This document shows positions 48,183-58,381 of a stretch of 64,000 bases of DNA, in pieces. The DNA comes from an uncultured Veillonellaceae bacterium (GTDB lineage: Bacteria; Bacillota; Negativicutes; JARBTT01): positions 288,001 through 352,000 of the forward strand of contig CAWDTA010000003.1 of NCBI GenBank assembly GCA_963805085.1, given 5' to 3'. The position numbers and the translations under genes were made by a program. Numbering within the stretch: the first letter of the stretch is position 1; each line of letters opens with the position of its first letter. The notes beneath the pieces are model-generated. The model was not told where the DNA came from. It was given only the letters and a program-made list of their open reading frames with translations, and did no database searches.

Positions 48183-48840
48183 GATTGATAAGAGCCCCCT
48201 TTTGCTTTCATTATATCCAAAAATTTCAGAAAGCATTCTTATTGTAACAGCGTACACAAAAAAACAATACAGATTATTTATGAAAAGATTAGTTATATTT
48301 ATACATAATGCAACTGTTAAAAAAGAAAAAATAATGATTATGATACTATAATTATAATTAATAGTAATTGTTTCCATATATGTTCGGAATTTATTATATA
48401 ACTATGTACTTTGTAGGAATTAAATTGTATAATAGAGTCAAATAGTAGAGTGCAAATACTGGCAATGGTTATATTAACTATTGTAACTTCATAGGCCGAA
48501 TTTAAGCATATTGATTTTGCTGATGGGATATTTTATAGAATTGCTATGTATAAATATCCAAAATCAGCAGTTGTCTTAAATGATCAATGTGTTTAGTTTT
48601 ATGCAATCTCCTAAATATTGCTATTGTTTTCATAAAGATAGCATCGTGTATTGCAATCATAATTTTATATGAAACGGGAGTTGCTTTATGTAGTAGCAAT
48701 ATGATGTGCTAGTGGAATTTGGCTTAGTCAATTGTGCTAAACTATTAGGTGTACTAAGGTGTTTAAGTGAATCGTTGTTGTTTACAGGGTGGAAATTTCA
48801 CTTTAGATTGCTTAACATTTAATTTTATATGTATTAGAGA

Positions 48841-50115
48841 TTGGGGGAGATTACTATTAAAAGTTATCAAGCAAAAGAATTGAGTGAGATCATTCAGATC
48901 GACCCAAATGTTTGCAAAGGCTGCGATTCTTGTAAGTCTTTTTGTCCGACTGGTGCGATTACTGGCCAATATGGTGCTACTCACAAAATTGATGGTTCAA
49001 AATGTCTGCAATGTGGGCAATGTCTAGTGAACTGTCCATTTGGTGCGATTAAGGATACTGTTGATCCAGTAGAAGTGATTGAGCAAAAATTAAAAGACAA
49101 GAAAATAACAGTTGTTGCAACCATGGCTCCTGCAGTACGTGTAGCTCTTGGTGAAGAGTTTGGTATGGAACCAGGTACGATTGTTACTGAGCAAATGTAT
49201 GGTGCACTTAAAAAATTAGGTTTCAAAGTAATCGATACGAACTATGCGGCAGACAATACAATTATGGAAGAAGGCAGTGAGCTAATTGCTAAAATTAGAC
49301 ACTATGTTTTAGGAGAACCTACAGAACATCACTTAGGTGCGCTTCCACAATTCACTTCTTGCTGTCCAGCATGGGTACGTTTCGTTGAATTAGAGTACCC
49401 AGATTTGATTCCGAACTTATCTTCAGCAAAATCTCCAATGCAAATGGCTGGTCCAGTTGCAAAAACCTATGGTGCAACAAATGTTTGGAATACAGAACCT
49501 GAAAATATTTTTGTTGTTGGAATTATGCCTTGTACAGCAAAAAAATTAGAGGCTTCTCGTCCAGAATTTAATAGTGCAGCTACTTATTGGAAGACCAAAG
49601 GTAGAACTGCTGACTATCCTGATATCGATACTGTAATTACAACAAGAGATCTAGCGCGTATGATCAAAAGAGCTGGGATTGATTTAAAAACAGTAGAACC
49701 ATTTGCTGATAGTGATAATCCGTTAGCAGAATACACTGGTGCAGGTACGATCTTTGGTGTTACTGGTGGCGTTATGGAAGCGGCACTTAGAACGGCTTAT
49801 TTTGTAATTACTGGTACAGAATTAGCAGGTATCGATTATAAACCAGCTCGTGGTCTGCAAGGTGTAAAAACCGCTGAGGTTCCAATGAAAGATGCGAAAA
49901 CTGGTAAAGAAATCGTGCTTAAAATTGCCATTGCTCATGGTACCAAGAATAATGTTAGACCACTTCTTGAAGAAATTAGAGCAGGCAAGTCTCCATACCA
50001 TTTCATTGAAGTTATGAATTGTCCAGGTGGTTGCGTAAACGGCGGTGGACAACCGATTAATCCAATGGGAACATCTTGGCTTGGAAAAACAAAAGCTATA
50101 TTCCCATGGTCGTAA
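48841..50115 (+). CDS. hydA: [FeFe]-hydrogenase large subunit (2x[4Fe-4S] plus H-cluster)
   Basis: Two CxxCxxCxxxCP motifs; FTSCCPAW, MPCTAKK.E and EVMNCPGGCVNGGGQP. True start may be ATT at 48856. Confidence 0.96.
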   Translation: MGEITIKSYQAKELSEIIQIDPNVCKGCDSCKSFCPTGAITGQYGATHKIDGSKCLQCGQCLVNCPFGAIKDTVDPVEVIEQKLKDKKITVVATMAPAVRVALGEEFGMEPGTIVTEQMYGALKKLGFKVIDTNYAADNTIMEEGSELIAKIRHYVLGEPTEHHLGALPQFTSCCPAWVRFVELEYPDLIPNLSSAKSPMQMAGPVAKTYGATNVWNTEPENIFVVGIMPCTAKKLEASRPEFNSAATYWKTKGRTADYPDIDTVITTRDLARMIKRAGIDLKTVEPFADSDNPLAEYTGAGTIFGVTGGVMEAALRTAYFVITGTELAGIDYKPARGLQGVKTAEVPMKDAKTGKEIVLKIAIAHGTKNNVRPLLEEIRAGKSPYHFIEVMNCPGGCVNGGGQPINPMGTSWLGKTKAIFPWS

Positions 50116-50131
50116 GGAGGAGTAATAGATA

Positions 50132-50443
50132 ATGGCAAATTATAATTATGTTGAAAAAGCAGTTCAAGTTACTCGTCGTGAATTTGTTGCATTAACTGGT
50201 GTTGCTGCTGCGGTTCTTTGGACAGGGGCTTATGCTGTTACAGATATGGTACAAGATCGTAACAAATATATTAAAATGCGTACAGCAGGTCTTTATAAAG
50301 ACGATGTAAACTCTAAAAAACGTCAAAGCCATCAGAATGCAGGCTTACAAGATATGTATGATAAATTAGCTGGCAGACCACTTAGTGATGTGTCTGAACA
50401 TTTATTCCATACAAAATACGTTGATAGAACAAAAATTGGTTAA
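50132..50443 (+). CDS. hydB: [FeFe]-hydrogenase small subunit with Tat signal
   Basis: TRREFV twin-arginine motif; R..GLY..D, RQSH.N and HL.HT.Y motifs. Confidence 0.9.
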   Translation: MANYNYVEKAVQVTRREFVALTGVAAAVLWTGAYAVTDMVQDRNKYIKMRTAGLYKDDVNSKKRQSHQNAGLQDMYDKLAGRPLSDVSEHLFHTKYVDRTKIG

Positions 50444-50470
50444 TCTAAAAATGAAATAAAGGGGGCCGTC

Positions 50471-51142
50471 TTGATGGCACATGATGGATATGATGACAAT
50501 GCAATCGTGCTTAAACATAGTTTAAGTACCCGCATATTTCACTGGGGTTTGATTTTAGGCTTTTTGCCTGCTGCGTTAACGGGAATTATTATTTGGTTAA
50601 AACCAGGTAGTGAAGATTTAGTTGGCCTAGCGATGAAAATACACATCGTAGGTGCATGGATTTTATCGATCTCTTGCGTTTATTTCTTTCTGTTCTGTTA
50701 TAAACGTGTCGTAGCATTTTGGCGAACCGCGTTTAACTGGACAGCGGATGATATTAAATGGATGTCAGTTTCAGGTGGTTATCCGCATAAAATTTTCTTA
50801 GGTAAAACAATTCCAGTACCGCCAATGGGCAAAATGAACTCTGGTCAAAAGATGCTTGGTATTATGGTGTTTTTTGGTACTCTTGTTGTAATTGTAAGTG
50901 GTTGGCTTTTATATGCGTTCCTTCCAATGGTTCCAAAGGAAATCGCACATTATGCAGATTTACTTCATTTATTTGTTGGCCTTTTCTTAACATTAGCAAT
51001 TATCTGTGGACATATCGTTCTTAGTGTTTACAACTGGGGCGAATGTGTATGTATGTTTGGTGACGGAACAATGAAAGTTTCTGAAGCTGCACATCACAAT
51101 GAATTATGGGTGAAAAACGAAATCGAACCTGTAAAAAAATAA
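50471..51142 (+). CDS. Di-haem cytochrome b membrane anchor (FdnI/HyaC-like)
   Basis: RIFHW, second TM His, GKMNSGQK and LH...GHI; 4 TM segments. Confidence 0.88.
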   Translation: MMAHDGYDDNAIVLKHSLSTRIFHWGLILGFLPAALTGIIIWLKPGSEDLVGLAMKIHIVGAWILSISCVYFFLFCYKRVVAFWRTAFNWTADDIKWMSVSGGYPHKIFLGKTIPVPPMGKMNSGQKMLGIMVFFGTLVVIVSGWLLYAFLPMVPKEIAHYADLLHLFVGLFLTLAIICGHIVLSVYNWGECVCMFGDGTMKVSEAAHHNELWVKNEIEPVKK

Positions 51143-51172
51143 GTTGAGCTAGTTGGCTTAACGCTAAATCGC

Positions 51173-51407
51173 CAGTAGACAAACAATGGACAGAAAGGCC
51201 GCGGGTCGGCGATAAGCACTCATCTGCGTCGTTACAGTAAGGTACTGCTCGTCGACGTACGAAAGTACGACTCCTCGCACTCCCTTACTATGCCTAGCAT
51301 CTGAGTACTTCTCACCAACCGGCAGCCTATCTTCGTACTAGTTTATAAGTGGAACGGATTTAGATGTTTTCTAAATCATTGACACAAATGTTTTATTTTG
51401 TCGACAG
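51173..51407. repeat. Dispersed structured repeat, copy A
   Basis: About 210 bp are near-identical to the reverse complement of 60888-61098; long internal hairpin; imperfect terminal IRs CAGTAGACAAA / TTTGTCGACAG. Confidence 0.92.
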
Positions 51408-51410
51408 CAT

Positions 51411-51460
51411 GAAATCGCCTGTTTATGAGTAGTATATTCATAAACAGGCGATTTCTTTTT
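51411..51460 (+). terminator. hyd operon terminator
   Basis: GAAATCGCCTGTTTATGAGT...ATTCATAAACAGGCGATTTC followed by TTTTT. Confidence 0.85.
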
Positions 51461-51565
51461 ATCATATAAAGGGTTATTGCTTGCAAATGCTGAATAAGTA
51501 GAATAAAGAAGTTTATGATAAGAAATAGGCTCCTAGATGTAAATTTTAAAAATGGGGATACGGGT

Positions 51566-53458
51566 ATGATTTTATCAATTGAAAATTTAGCAAAGACTTA
51601 TGGTGAAAAAACACTATTTGAAAATATTAGTTTCGGTATTGAGGAAGGGGATAAAGTTGGGATCGTTGGCGTCAACGGTACTGGAAAATCTACTTTTATC
51701 AAAACTGTGGCAGGCTTTGTGCCAGCGGATCATGGTCAGCTAATCAAATCCAAGGGCATGCAAATCGAATACTTATCACAAGAAAGTGAATTGACGCCAG
51801 AGAATACTATACTTATGGAAGTATTTAAGGGCAATTCACCGATTATGAATGTGCTTAGAGATTATGAATTATCCTTAGAAATCAATCAACGTGAACCAGA
51901 AAATAAAGAATGTCAGATGAAGTTATTACAATGTAGCCAAAAAATTGATGAACTAGATGGCTGGCAAATGGAAAGTGATGCAAAAACGATTCTGACGAAA
52001 CTAGGAATTTATGATTTTTCTGCTAAAGTAGGTTCTTTGTCAGGTGGTCAACAAAAACGTTTGGCACTGGCAAGTGCACTCATACATCCATGTGATTTAT
52101 TAATCTTAGATGAACCGACAAATCACATTGACAGTGAAACAATTGCTTGGCTCGAAGAGTATCTGCACAAGGTAAAGGGTGCGCTTCTGATGGTGACGCA
52201 TGATCGTTATTTCTTGGATACTGTTGCCACTAAAATTCTTGAGCTCGATAAGGGATCGGCATATGTCTACACGGGTAATTATACTAATTTCCTTGAATTA
52301 AAAGCAGCAAGGGAAGAACGTGAAGAAGCCAGTGAGCGGAAACGGCAAAATTTACTGCGCGGTGAATTGGCTTGGATGCGTCGTGGTGCGCAGGCTCGTT
52401 CGACTAAACAAAAAGCTCGGATTGAACGCTTTGAAGACCTTAGTAAACAAGAGGTTGATTTAAGTCAAAGCAAAGTTGAAATGGGCTTGGGCGCTACGCG
52501 CTTAGGTAGAACGGTTATTGAACTAGAACATGTCAAGTATACGATTGATGATAAAACTATTATTCAGAACTTTGATTACGTTGTCCTTCGCAATGATCGT
52601 GTAGGGATTATCGGACCAAATGGTTCGGGGAAATCGACACTACTCAATTTGATTGCGGGTATCATAGAACCGACGTCAGGAAACATTATCATTGGTCAAA
52701 CCGTAAAAATCGGCTACTTTAGTCAAAACAATGTTGATATGGATGAACGCATGCGGGTAGTCGAATATATTCGCGAAGTTGCCAATTTCATGACGATGGC
52801 CGATGGGAGTAAACTAAGTGCGACGCAACTCTTAGATCTATTCTTATTTCCAGGCGATTTGCAGTGGACACCAATTGCTAAATTATCTGGTGGTGAAAAA
52901 CGTCGTTTATTTTTGCTGCGCATTTTGATGAGCGAACCAAACGTATTATTGTTAGATGAACCAACCAATGATCTTGATATTCAAACACTTTCTATTTTAG
53001 AAGAGTTTATCGACAATTTTAACGGGGCGATTATTTTCGTATCTCATGACCGTTTCTTCGTTGATCGACTCGCACAAAAGGTCTTTGTCTATGAAGAAGG
53101 TGGGCAGTTGCGTCAATATGTAGGTGGCTATTCTGATTATCGAGCGATTGCTCAGATAGAACAAGAGCAGGCGAAAGAAATCGAAGAAAAAGCCATAGAA
53201 GCACCAGCGAAAGAGAAACCGCGCTTCGAAGCAAAACGTAAATTATCCTTCAAAGAACAAAGGGAATATGATGAAATTGAAGCTGTCATCGCTAGTGAGG
53301 AAAGTGAACTAGCAATTATCCGTAAACAAATTAATACCGCGGGTTCAAATTTTGAATTATTGCAAGAGTTAACCAAACAGGAACAAGCGCTAAGTATAAA
53401 ACTAGATACCTTGATGGAACGTTGGGCTTACCTTGAAGAAGTTGCGCAGGGCTCGTAG
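51566..53458 (+). CDS. ABC-F ATPase (Uup/YfmR-like)
   Basis: Two NBDs (GVNGTGKS, GPNGSGKS, LSGG, LDEPTN), linker ARSTKQKARI, C-terminal coiled coil, no TM segments. Confidence 0.93.
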   Translation: MILSIENLAKTYGEKTLFENISFGIEEGDKVGIVGVNGTGKSTFIKTVAGFVPADHGQLIKSKGMQIEYLSQESELTPENTILMEVFKGNSPIMNVLRDYELSLEINQREPENKECQMKLLQCSQKIDELDGWQMESDAKTILTKLGIYDFSAKVGSLSGGQQKRLALASALIHPCDLLILDEPTNHIDSETIAWLEEYLHKVKGALLMVTHDRYFLDTVATKILELDKGSAYVYTGNYTNFLELKAAREEREEASERKRQNLLRGELAWMRRGAQARSTKQKARIERFEDLSKQEVDLSQSKVEMGLGATRLGRTVIELEHVKYTIDDKTIIQNFDYVVLRNDRVGIIGPNGSGKSTLLNLIAGIIEPTSGNIIIGQTVKIGYFSQNNVDMDERMRVVEYIREVANFMTMADGSKLSATQLLDLFLFPGDLQWTPIAKLSGGEKRRLFLLRILMSEPNVLLLDEPTNDLDIQTLSILEEFIDNFNGAIIFVSHDRFFVDRLAQKVFVYEEGGQLRQYVGGYSDYRAIAQIEQEQAKEIEEKAIEAPAKEKPRFEAKRKLSFKEQREYDEIEAVIASEESELAIIRKQINTAGSNFELLQELTKQEQALSIKLDTLMERWAYLEEVAQGS

Positions 53459-53531
53459 CAGGATATTTTGGTCATTTGTAGAATCATTTTAGGTAAATAG
53501 TAGCATTAATTATTTTGAAGGAGCGAAACAA

Positions 53532-53897
53532 ATGAAATTTAAATTTTTGCATAACAACTTAAACGTATTAGATCTTAAGAGAAGTTTAGCATTTTATAAA
53601 CAAGCATTAGATCTTGATGAAGTGCGTCGTTTAGAAAAACCAGAATTTACGTTGGTTTATCTCGGCGATGGTATGACGCAGCATCAATTAGAATTAACTG
53701 AAATTAAAGGTCGTACGGAAACTTATAATTTAGGTGAGAATGAAATTCATCTTGCTTTTAGTGTAGAAGACTTTGCTGCAGCTTATAAACTACATGAAGA
53801 AATGGGTTGTATTTGCTACGAAAATAAAAAAATGGGGATTTATTTTATTTCTGATCCAGATGGTTATTGGTTAGAAGTTTTACCAGCAAATAGATAA
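53532..53897 (+). CDS. gloA: Lactoylglutathione lyase (glyoxalase I)
   Basis: H.N.NV.DL.RS..FY, FTLVYL, LELT, HLAF.V and DPDGYWLE motifs. Confidence 0.8.
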   Translation: MKFKFLHNNLNVLDLKRSLAFYKQALDLDEVRRLEKPEFTLVYLGDGMTQHQLELTEIKGRTETYNLGENEIHLAFSVEDFAAAYKLHEEMGCICYENKKMGIYFISDPDGYWLEVLPANR

Positions 53898-54046
53898 GCT
53901 TTATGTGAAGGAATAAGAACTGCTATAACTATTCATAGCAGTTCTTATTTTTTTACTATTAGTTAGATAAATTGTATAATTAAACTAGTTTATGCGTCTG
54001 CGATTATGTGATACAATAACGATGTATTGATAACAAAATGTAGGGA

Positions 54047-55324
54047 GTGATTACTATTTTTAATGAAAGTAAGCTTCAACGTATTATAGACTCATTTACT
54101 ATAGATAAAATAGAATTGGAAAAAATTGCTGCAACATTTCGCCGCGATATTGTTTTAGGATTAGAAGGCGACTCGTTATCATCGTTTAAGATGCTTCAGT
54201 CTTATTTGGCATTACCGACGCGAGCTGAAAAAGGTCAATTCATTGCCCTTGATTTCGGCGGTACTAATGTACGAGCTTTACTGATTGAGCTATTAGGCGA
54301 TGGCAAAGTAAATGTTATCAAGAAAGCGGTCAAGCAATTGGTAACCGCTGATTACAATTATATTTCAGCAGGTACAACTGCCGAAGGTTTGTTTGATTTT
54401 ATTGCAAACTTAATTTTAGAAGTTGCGGGTACCGATAAAGAGTATTTACTTGGGCATACCTTTTCTTTCCCCTCAATGCAAACAGATTTGAACAATGCAA
54501 GATTGATTACTTGGACGAAAGAATTTGCAACGACTGGTGTAGAAGGTGAAGTTGTCAATGATTTATTGAAAGCAGCACTTGAGCGGCGCGGTGCAAGTAA
54601 TATTAAGCCGGTTGCGGTGATCAATGATACGGTAGCGACGTTATTGGCAGCAGCTTATAAACGAGATCATACAGATATTGGCTCTATTTGTGGGACAGGC
54701 CATAATACAGCCTATTTAGAAAGCTATCATGGTTTAGCAAAACCGCGGATGATTATTAACCTGGAATCTGGTAATTTTGATAAATTATTTACGAATCCAT
54801 ACGATAAAATGATTGATGAACGCAGTGAAAAAACAGGCGAGCAGCGCATGGAAAAGATGGTTTCGGGAAAATACCTTGGGGTATTATTTTACCTTGCTAT
54901 TTGCGATGCGCTTGAACTAGCAGACAAAGCTGTTGATTTTGATGGCGCGGATTTATCGGTGATTCTTTCTGATCAAAGTCAAAACTTAAAGGCAGTTCGT
55001 CAGTTGATAAAAGATAAAATGGCGATTGAGCTAGACGAAGAAATGTGTGTATGGGTTAAGGCGATTGCAGAAAGTGTTGTTATCCGTTCGGCAAGACTCA
55101 TAGCCACATCCTATATCGCGATTATTTGGCATATCGATGGTGATGAATTCATCAACGAACATACCATTGCAATTGATGGTTCTTTATTTGAAAAAATGCC
55201 ATTATATAAAGAATCAATGCAAAAGACTATGTATGAAATGATCGGTGAAGATGCGCAAAAAGTGCATTTGATGTTAGAAAATAGTGGTTCCGGTGTAGGC
55301 GCAGCAATCGCAGCAGCAATTTAG
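54047..55324 (+). CDS. Hexokinase (eukaryote-type hexokinase family)
   Basis: LDFGGTN.R, LGHTFSFP, WTKEF, INDTVAT, ICGTG.N.AY, EKMVSG.YLG, IDGSL and GSGVGAA motifs. Confidence 0.92.
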   Translation: MITIFNESKLQRIIDSFTIDKIELEKIAATFRRDIVLGLEGDSLSSFKMLQSYLALPTRAEKGQFIALDFGGTNVRALLIELLGDGKVNVIKKAVKQLVTADYNYISAGTTAEGLFDFIANLILEVAGTDKEYLLGHTFSFPSMQTDLNNARLITWTKEFATTGVEGEVVNDLLKAALERRGASNIKPVAVINDTVATLLAAAYKRDHTDIGSICGTGHNTAYLESYHGLAKPRMIINLESGNFDKLFTNPYDKMIDERSEKTGEQRMEKMVSGKYLGVLFYLAICDALELADKAVDFDGADLSVILSDQSQNLKAVRQLIKDKMAIELDEEMCVWVKAIAESVVIRSARLIATSYIAIIWHIDGDEFINEHTIAIDGSLFEKMPLYKESMQKTMYEMIGEDAQKVHLMLENSGSGVGAAIAAAI

Positions 55325-55348
55325 GTTATTTAGTAAGGAGCGTTCTTT

Positions 55349-56713
55349 ATGGAACAAAGTTTAAGTCTCCAGCTGGGACAAAAATTAGCAATGACCATGC
55401 AACTCCAACAGGCAATTAGTATATTACAATTGTCGGCGCAAGATTTGAGAACTTTGATTGATAATGAGTATTTGGAAAATCCAGCGCTTGAAATGGACGA
55501 AAATGATGTAGAAAGTGATACCAGAGAAAAAATTACTGACCAATTCAGTTTTGAGGATATCAGTGCATTGGCTCATTATCTTGGTGATGAAACAGCGTCG
55601 ACAAATAGTGTCGTGCGCGATGATGTACAACAAAGCTTTGAAGCGGTTGCTGTGATTAAGCAGACTTTGGAAGAAGCGTTAGAAGAACAAGTAAATATGA
55701 CTTTTTCTAGCGACGATGAGCGGGAGATAGCAAAGTATATTGTAGGTTCAATTAATGACAAGGGGTATTTAACCTGCACAATACAAGAGATTGCCACTGC
55801 GTTAAATCGCAGTGAAAGCGAAATTGAACAAGTTCTTCATATCATTCAAACTTTTGAACCGGATGGAATTGGTGCTCGTAATTTGCAGGAATGCTTAACG
55901 ATTCAAGCAAAGCAACAAGAACTCTATCATGGAATAGTTGCTGAAATACTTGACCATTATTTAGATGAAATTGCCAATTTGCACTATAAAAATATTGCGG
56001 ATAAACTAGGGTGTTCGCCTAGTGATATTCAGCTTGCTGTCGATATCATTCGCAGCTTAAATCCAAAGCCTGGTCTAGTCTTTGGCTCAGAACAGTCCGA
56101 TTATATCGTACCTGATGTCGTAGTGAGAAAAATTGATGATGAATATATTGTATTGGTCAATGATTATGGAATCCCTCGCTTGAATATCAATAGTGCTTAT
56201 AAAAATGCGAGTGATTTTGATAATGAGACCAAAAAATATATTGAAGGACGCGTTAATTCAGCAGCATGGCTCATTAAGAGTATTGAACAACGTCGCAGTA
56301 CGCTTTATAACGTAGTTTGTGAAATTGTTCGATTGCAAACAGAGTTCTTTGATAAGGGTCAGAGATTTATTAAGCCAATGCTGATGAAGACGGTTGCAGA
56401 TCACATCGAAGTGCATGAGTCAACGGTTAGTAGAAGTGTTGCCAACAAGTATGTAGAGACACCACATGGTGTGATGAGCTTAAAGAGCTTCTTTAATGCG
56501 AATCTAAGTGCCAATGGCGAAGAACTTGTTGCAAGTCAGGTGAAAGCAAAAATTAAGACGTTGATTGAGCAGGAAGATACGAAAAAACCTTTGAGTGACC
56601 AACAAATTAGTGAACTACTAAAAGCTGAGGATATGAATATATCACGGCGAACGGTAATGAAATATCGAGAGCAGTTGGGTTTTCTGTCTTCGGTAAAGCG
56701 AAAACGATACTAA
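55349..56713 (+). CDS. rpoN: RNA polymerase sigma-54 factor
   Basis: LQQAI.ILQL, ENPALE, HESTVSR, PLSD and RpoN box SRRTVMKYRE. Confidence 0.96.
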   Translation: MEQSLSLQLGQKLAMTMQLQQAISILQLSAQDLRTLIDNEYLENPALEMDENDVESDTREKITDQFSFEDISALAHYLGDETASTNSVVRDDVQQSFEAVAVIKQTLEEALEEQVNMTFSSDDEREIAKYIVGSINDKGYLTCTIQEIATALNRSESEIEQVLHIIQTFEPDGIGARNLQECLTIQAKQQELYHGIVAEILDHYLDEIANLHYKNIADKLGCSPSDIQLAVDIIRSLNPKPGLVFGSEQSDYIVPDVVVRKIDDEYIVLVNDYGIPRLNINSAYKNASDFDNETKKYIEGRVNSAAWLIKSIEQRRSTLYNVVCEIVRLQTEFFDKGQRFIKPMLMKTVADHIEVHESTVSRSVANKYVETPHGVMSLKSFFNANLSANGEELVASQVKAKIKTLIEQEDTKKPLSDQQISELLKAEDMNISRRTVMKYREQLGFLSSVKRKRY

Positions 56714-56754
56714 AAGAACGGCAAAATTGTCGTTCTTTTATTTTTTTGTAAAGA

Positions 56755-56863
56755 AAGTTAAAAAAATCACAAAAAAACATTGTTATTTTTTTAACTTTCT
56801 TATATAATAAAAATGTAAGCAATAGAGAGTTTATTTTGGACTTAATAGTTAATAAATTCACAT
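56755..56863. promoter_or_regulatory. Three Rex-box-like sites upstream of ndh
   Basis: AAGTTAA-N4-ATCACAA (56755), TTGTTAT-N4-TTAACTT (56780) and TAGTTAA-N4-TTCACAT (56846) compared with TTGTKAA-N4-TTMACAA. Confidence 0.55.
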
Positions 56864-57127
56864 AATCAAATAATATGATAAAAGAATATATTATCATATT
56901 TCGTTTATGTGTTGTTTTCAGAAAAGTGAATTTTTTAAAAGCAGGTATCTATTTAAGGATATTTGTAATCATTTAACTAATGAAGTGACATAATAATAAT
57001 TGATTGAATAATACAATAATTTATGGCATGACATAGATAAAGTTGAATGAAAAAACTCTTTTGAATAGCTTAAGCTCTATGCGATTGGATTTATATTTAA
57101 AAATTATACTTGGGAGTGGATTATTGA

Positions 57128-58381
57128 ATGAGTACTGTGAATAATGTAAAAAGACCTCATATAGTTGTTGTTGGAGCTGGGTTTGGTGGAGCTAAAGTTG
57201 CACAAAGTTTTGCTGATAAAAATGTAGATGTTACTGTGGTTGATAGGCACAATTTTCATTTGTTTCAGCCGCTTCTATATCAAGTATCTACGGCGTGTTT
57301 ATCTCCAGAGGAAATCGCTTATCCAATTAGAGCGTTTTTCCGCAAGCATAAAAATATAGACTTTCATTTAGGTGAAGTTGAAGATTTTGATTTAGATAAT
57401 AAAACAATTATTACGACAACTGGAAATATAACATATGATTATTTAGTCATGGCTGCTGGAGCAACGACAAATTTCTTTGGTATGAAAACGGTAGAAGAAA
57501 ATTCATTTGCAATGAAAACATTAGGCGAATCTATTATTATTCGTAATCATGTACTTAATATGGTTGAAGCAGCTTCTCGTGAAGCTGATCCTGAAAAGCG
57601 TAAACAATTATTAACTTTTGTTTGCGTAGGTGGTGGACCTACTGGTGTCGAAGAAGCGGGCTCTTTATCTGAGTTAATGTATAATGTAATGCGTCAAGAA
57701 TATCACAATTTAGACTTTAATGAAATTGATATCAAATTAATCGAAGCAACAGATAAAGTATTACCGATGATGCCTGAAAGTCTTCGTGATTCAACTGTAA
57801 GAACTTTACGAAGTAAAAAAGTCGATGTTCGTTTAGAAACACAAGTTATGGACTACGATGGCAGCTTTTTAACTTTTAAAAGTGGTGAAGTTGTACCAAC
57901 GAAAACAGTTATTTGGGCAGCTGGAGTTAAGGCAGTGCCAATTGCTGCGAAAATGGGAGCAGAAATGGATCGCGCTGGTCGTGTTATAATTAATGAATAT
58001 TTACAATTGCCAAATCGTCCAGAAGTATATGCAATTGGTGATGTGGCACATTTTCTACAAGATGGACGCCCACTTGCAACGATTGCGCCAGTGGCAACAC
58101 AACAAGCCGCTGTTTGCGTAAATAATATCTTTAGTGATATTAGCGGTCAGCCAATGAAAACTTTCCATTATGAAGATGTTGGCAGCATGGCAACTATTGG
58201 TCGCGGTGATGCTGTTATGTGTAAAGGCGACATGAAATTTGATGGTTTTATTGCTTGGTTTGCTTGGATGCTAATCCATTTGTTACGTTTGGCTGGCTTC
58301 CATACCAATGTAACAGTAGTATTAAAATGGATTTGGAATTATTTTTCAGATACTCGTTTGGGAAGAATCATTACCCGTTAA
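57128..58381 (+). CDS. ndh: Type II NADH:quinone oxidoreductase
   Basis: GAGFGG, FQPLLYQV, GGGPTGVE, WAAGV, IGD and G.MATIG motifs. Confidence 0.93.
   Translation: MSTVNNVKRPHIVVVGAGFGGAKVAQSFADKNVDVTVVDRHNFHLFQPLLYQVSTACLSPEEIAYPIRAFFRKHKNIDFHLGEVEDFDLDNKTIITTTGNITYDYLVMAAGATTNFFGMKTVEENSFAMKTLGESIIIRNHVLNMVEAASREADPEKRKQLLTFVCVGGGPTGVEEAGSLSELMYNVMRQEYHNLDFNEIDIKLIEATDKVLPMMPESLRDSTVRTLRSKKVDVRLETQVMDYDGSFLTFKSGEVVPTKTVIWAAGVKAVPIAAKMGAEMDRAGRVIINEYLQLPNRPEVYAIGDVAHFLQDGRPLATIAPVATQQAAVCVNNIFSDISGQPMKTFHYEDVGSMATIGRGDAVMCKGDMKFDGFIAWFAWMLIHLLRLAGFHTNVTVVLKWIWNYFSDTRLGRIITR

Noticed and set aside
48183-48377. N-terminal 65-aa extension of the 47991 ORF
   Set aside because: AT-rich promoter-like sequence; the SD sits before the ATG at 48182.
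56640-56675. Variant RpoN box (SRRTVMKYRE versus ARRTVAKYRE) as a sign of altered specificity
   Set aside because: The core RRTV.KYR residues are intact and the target promoter at 27189 is consensus.
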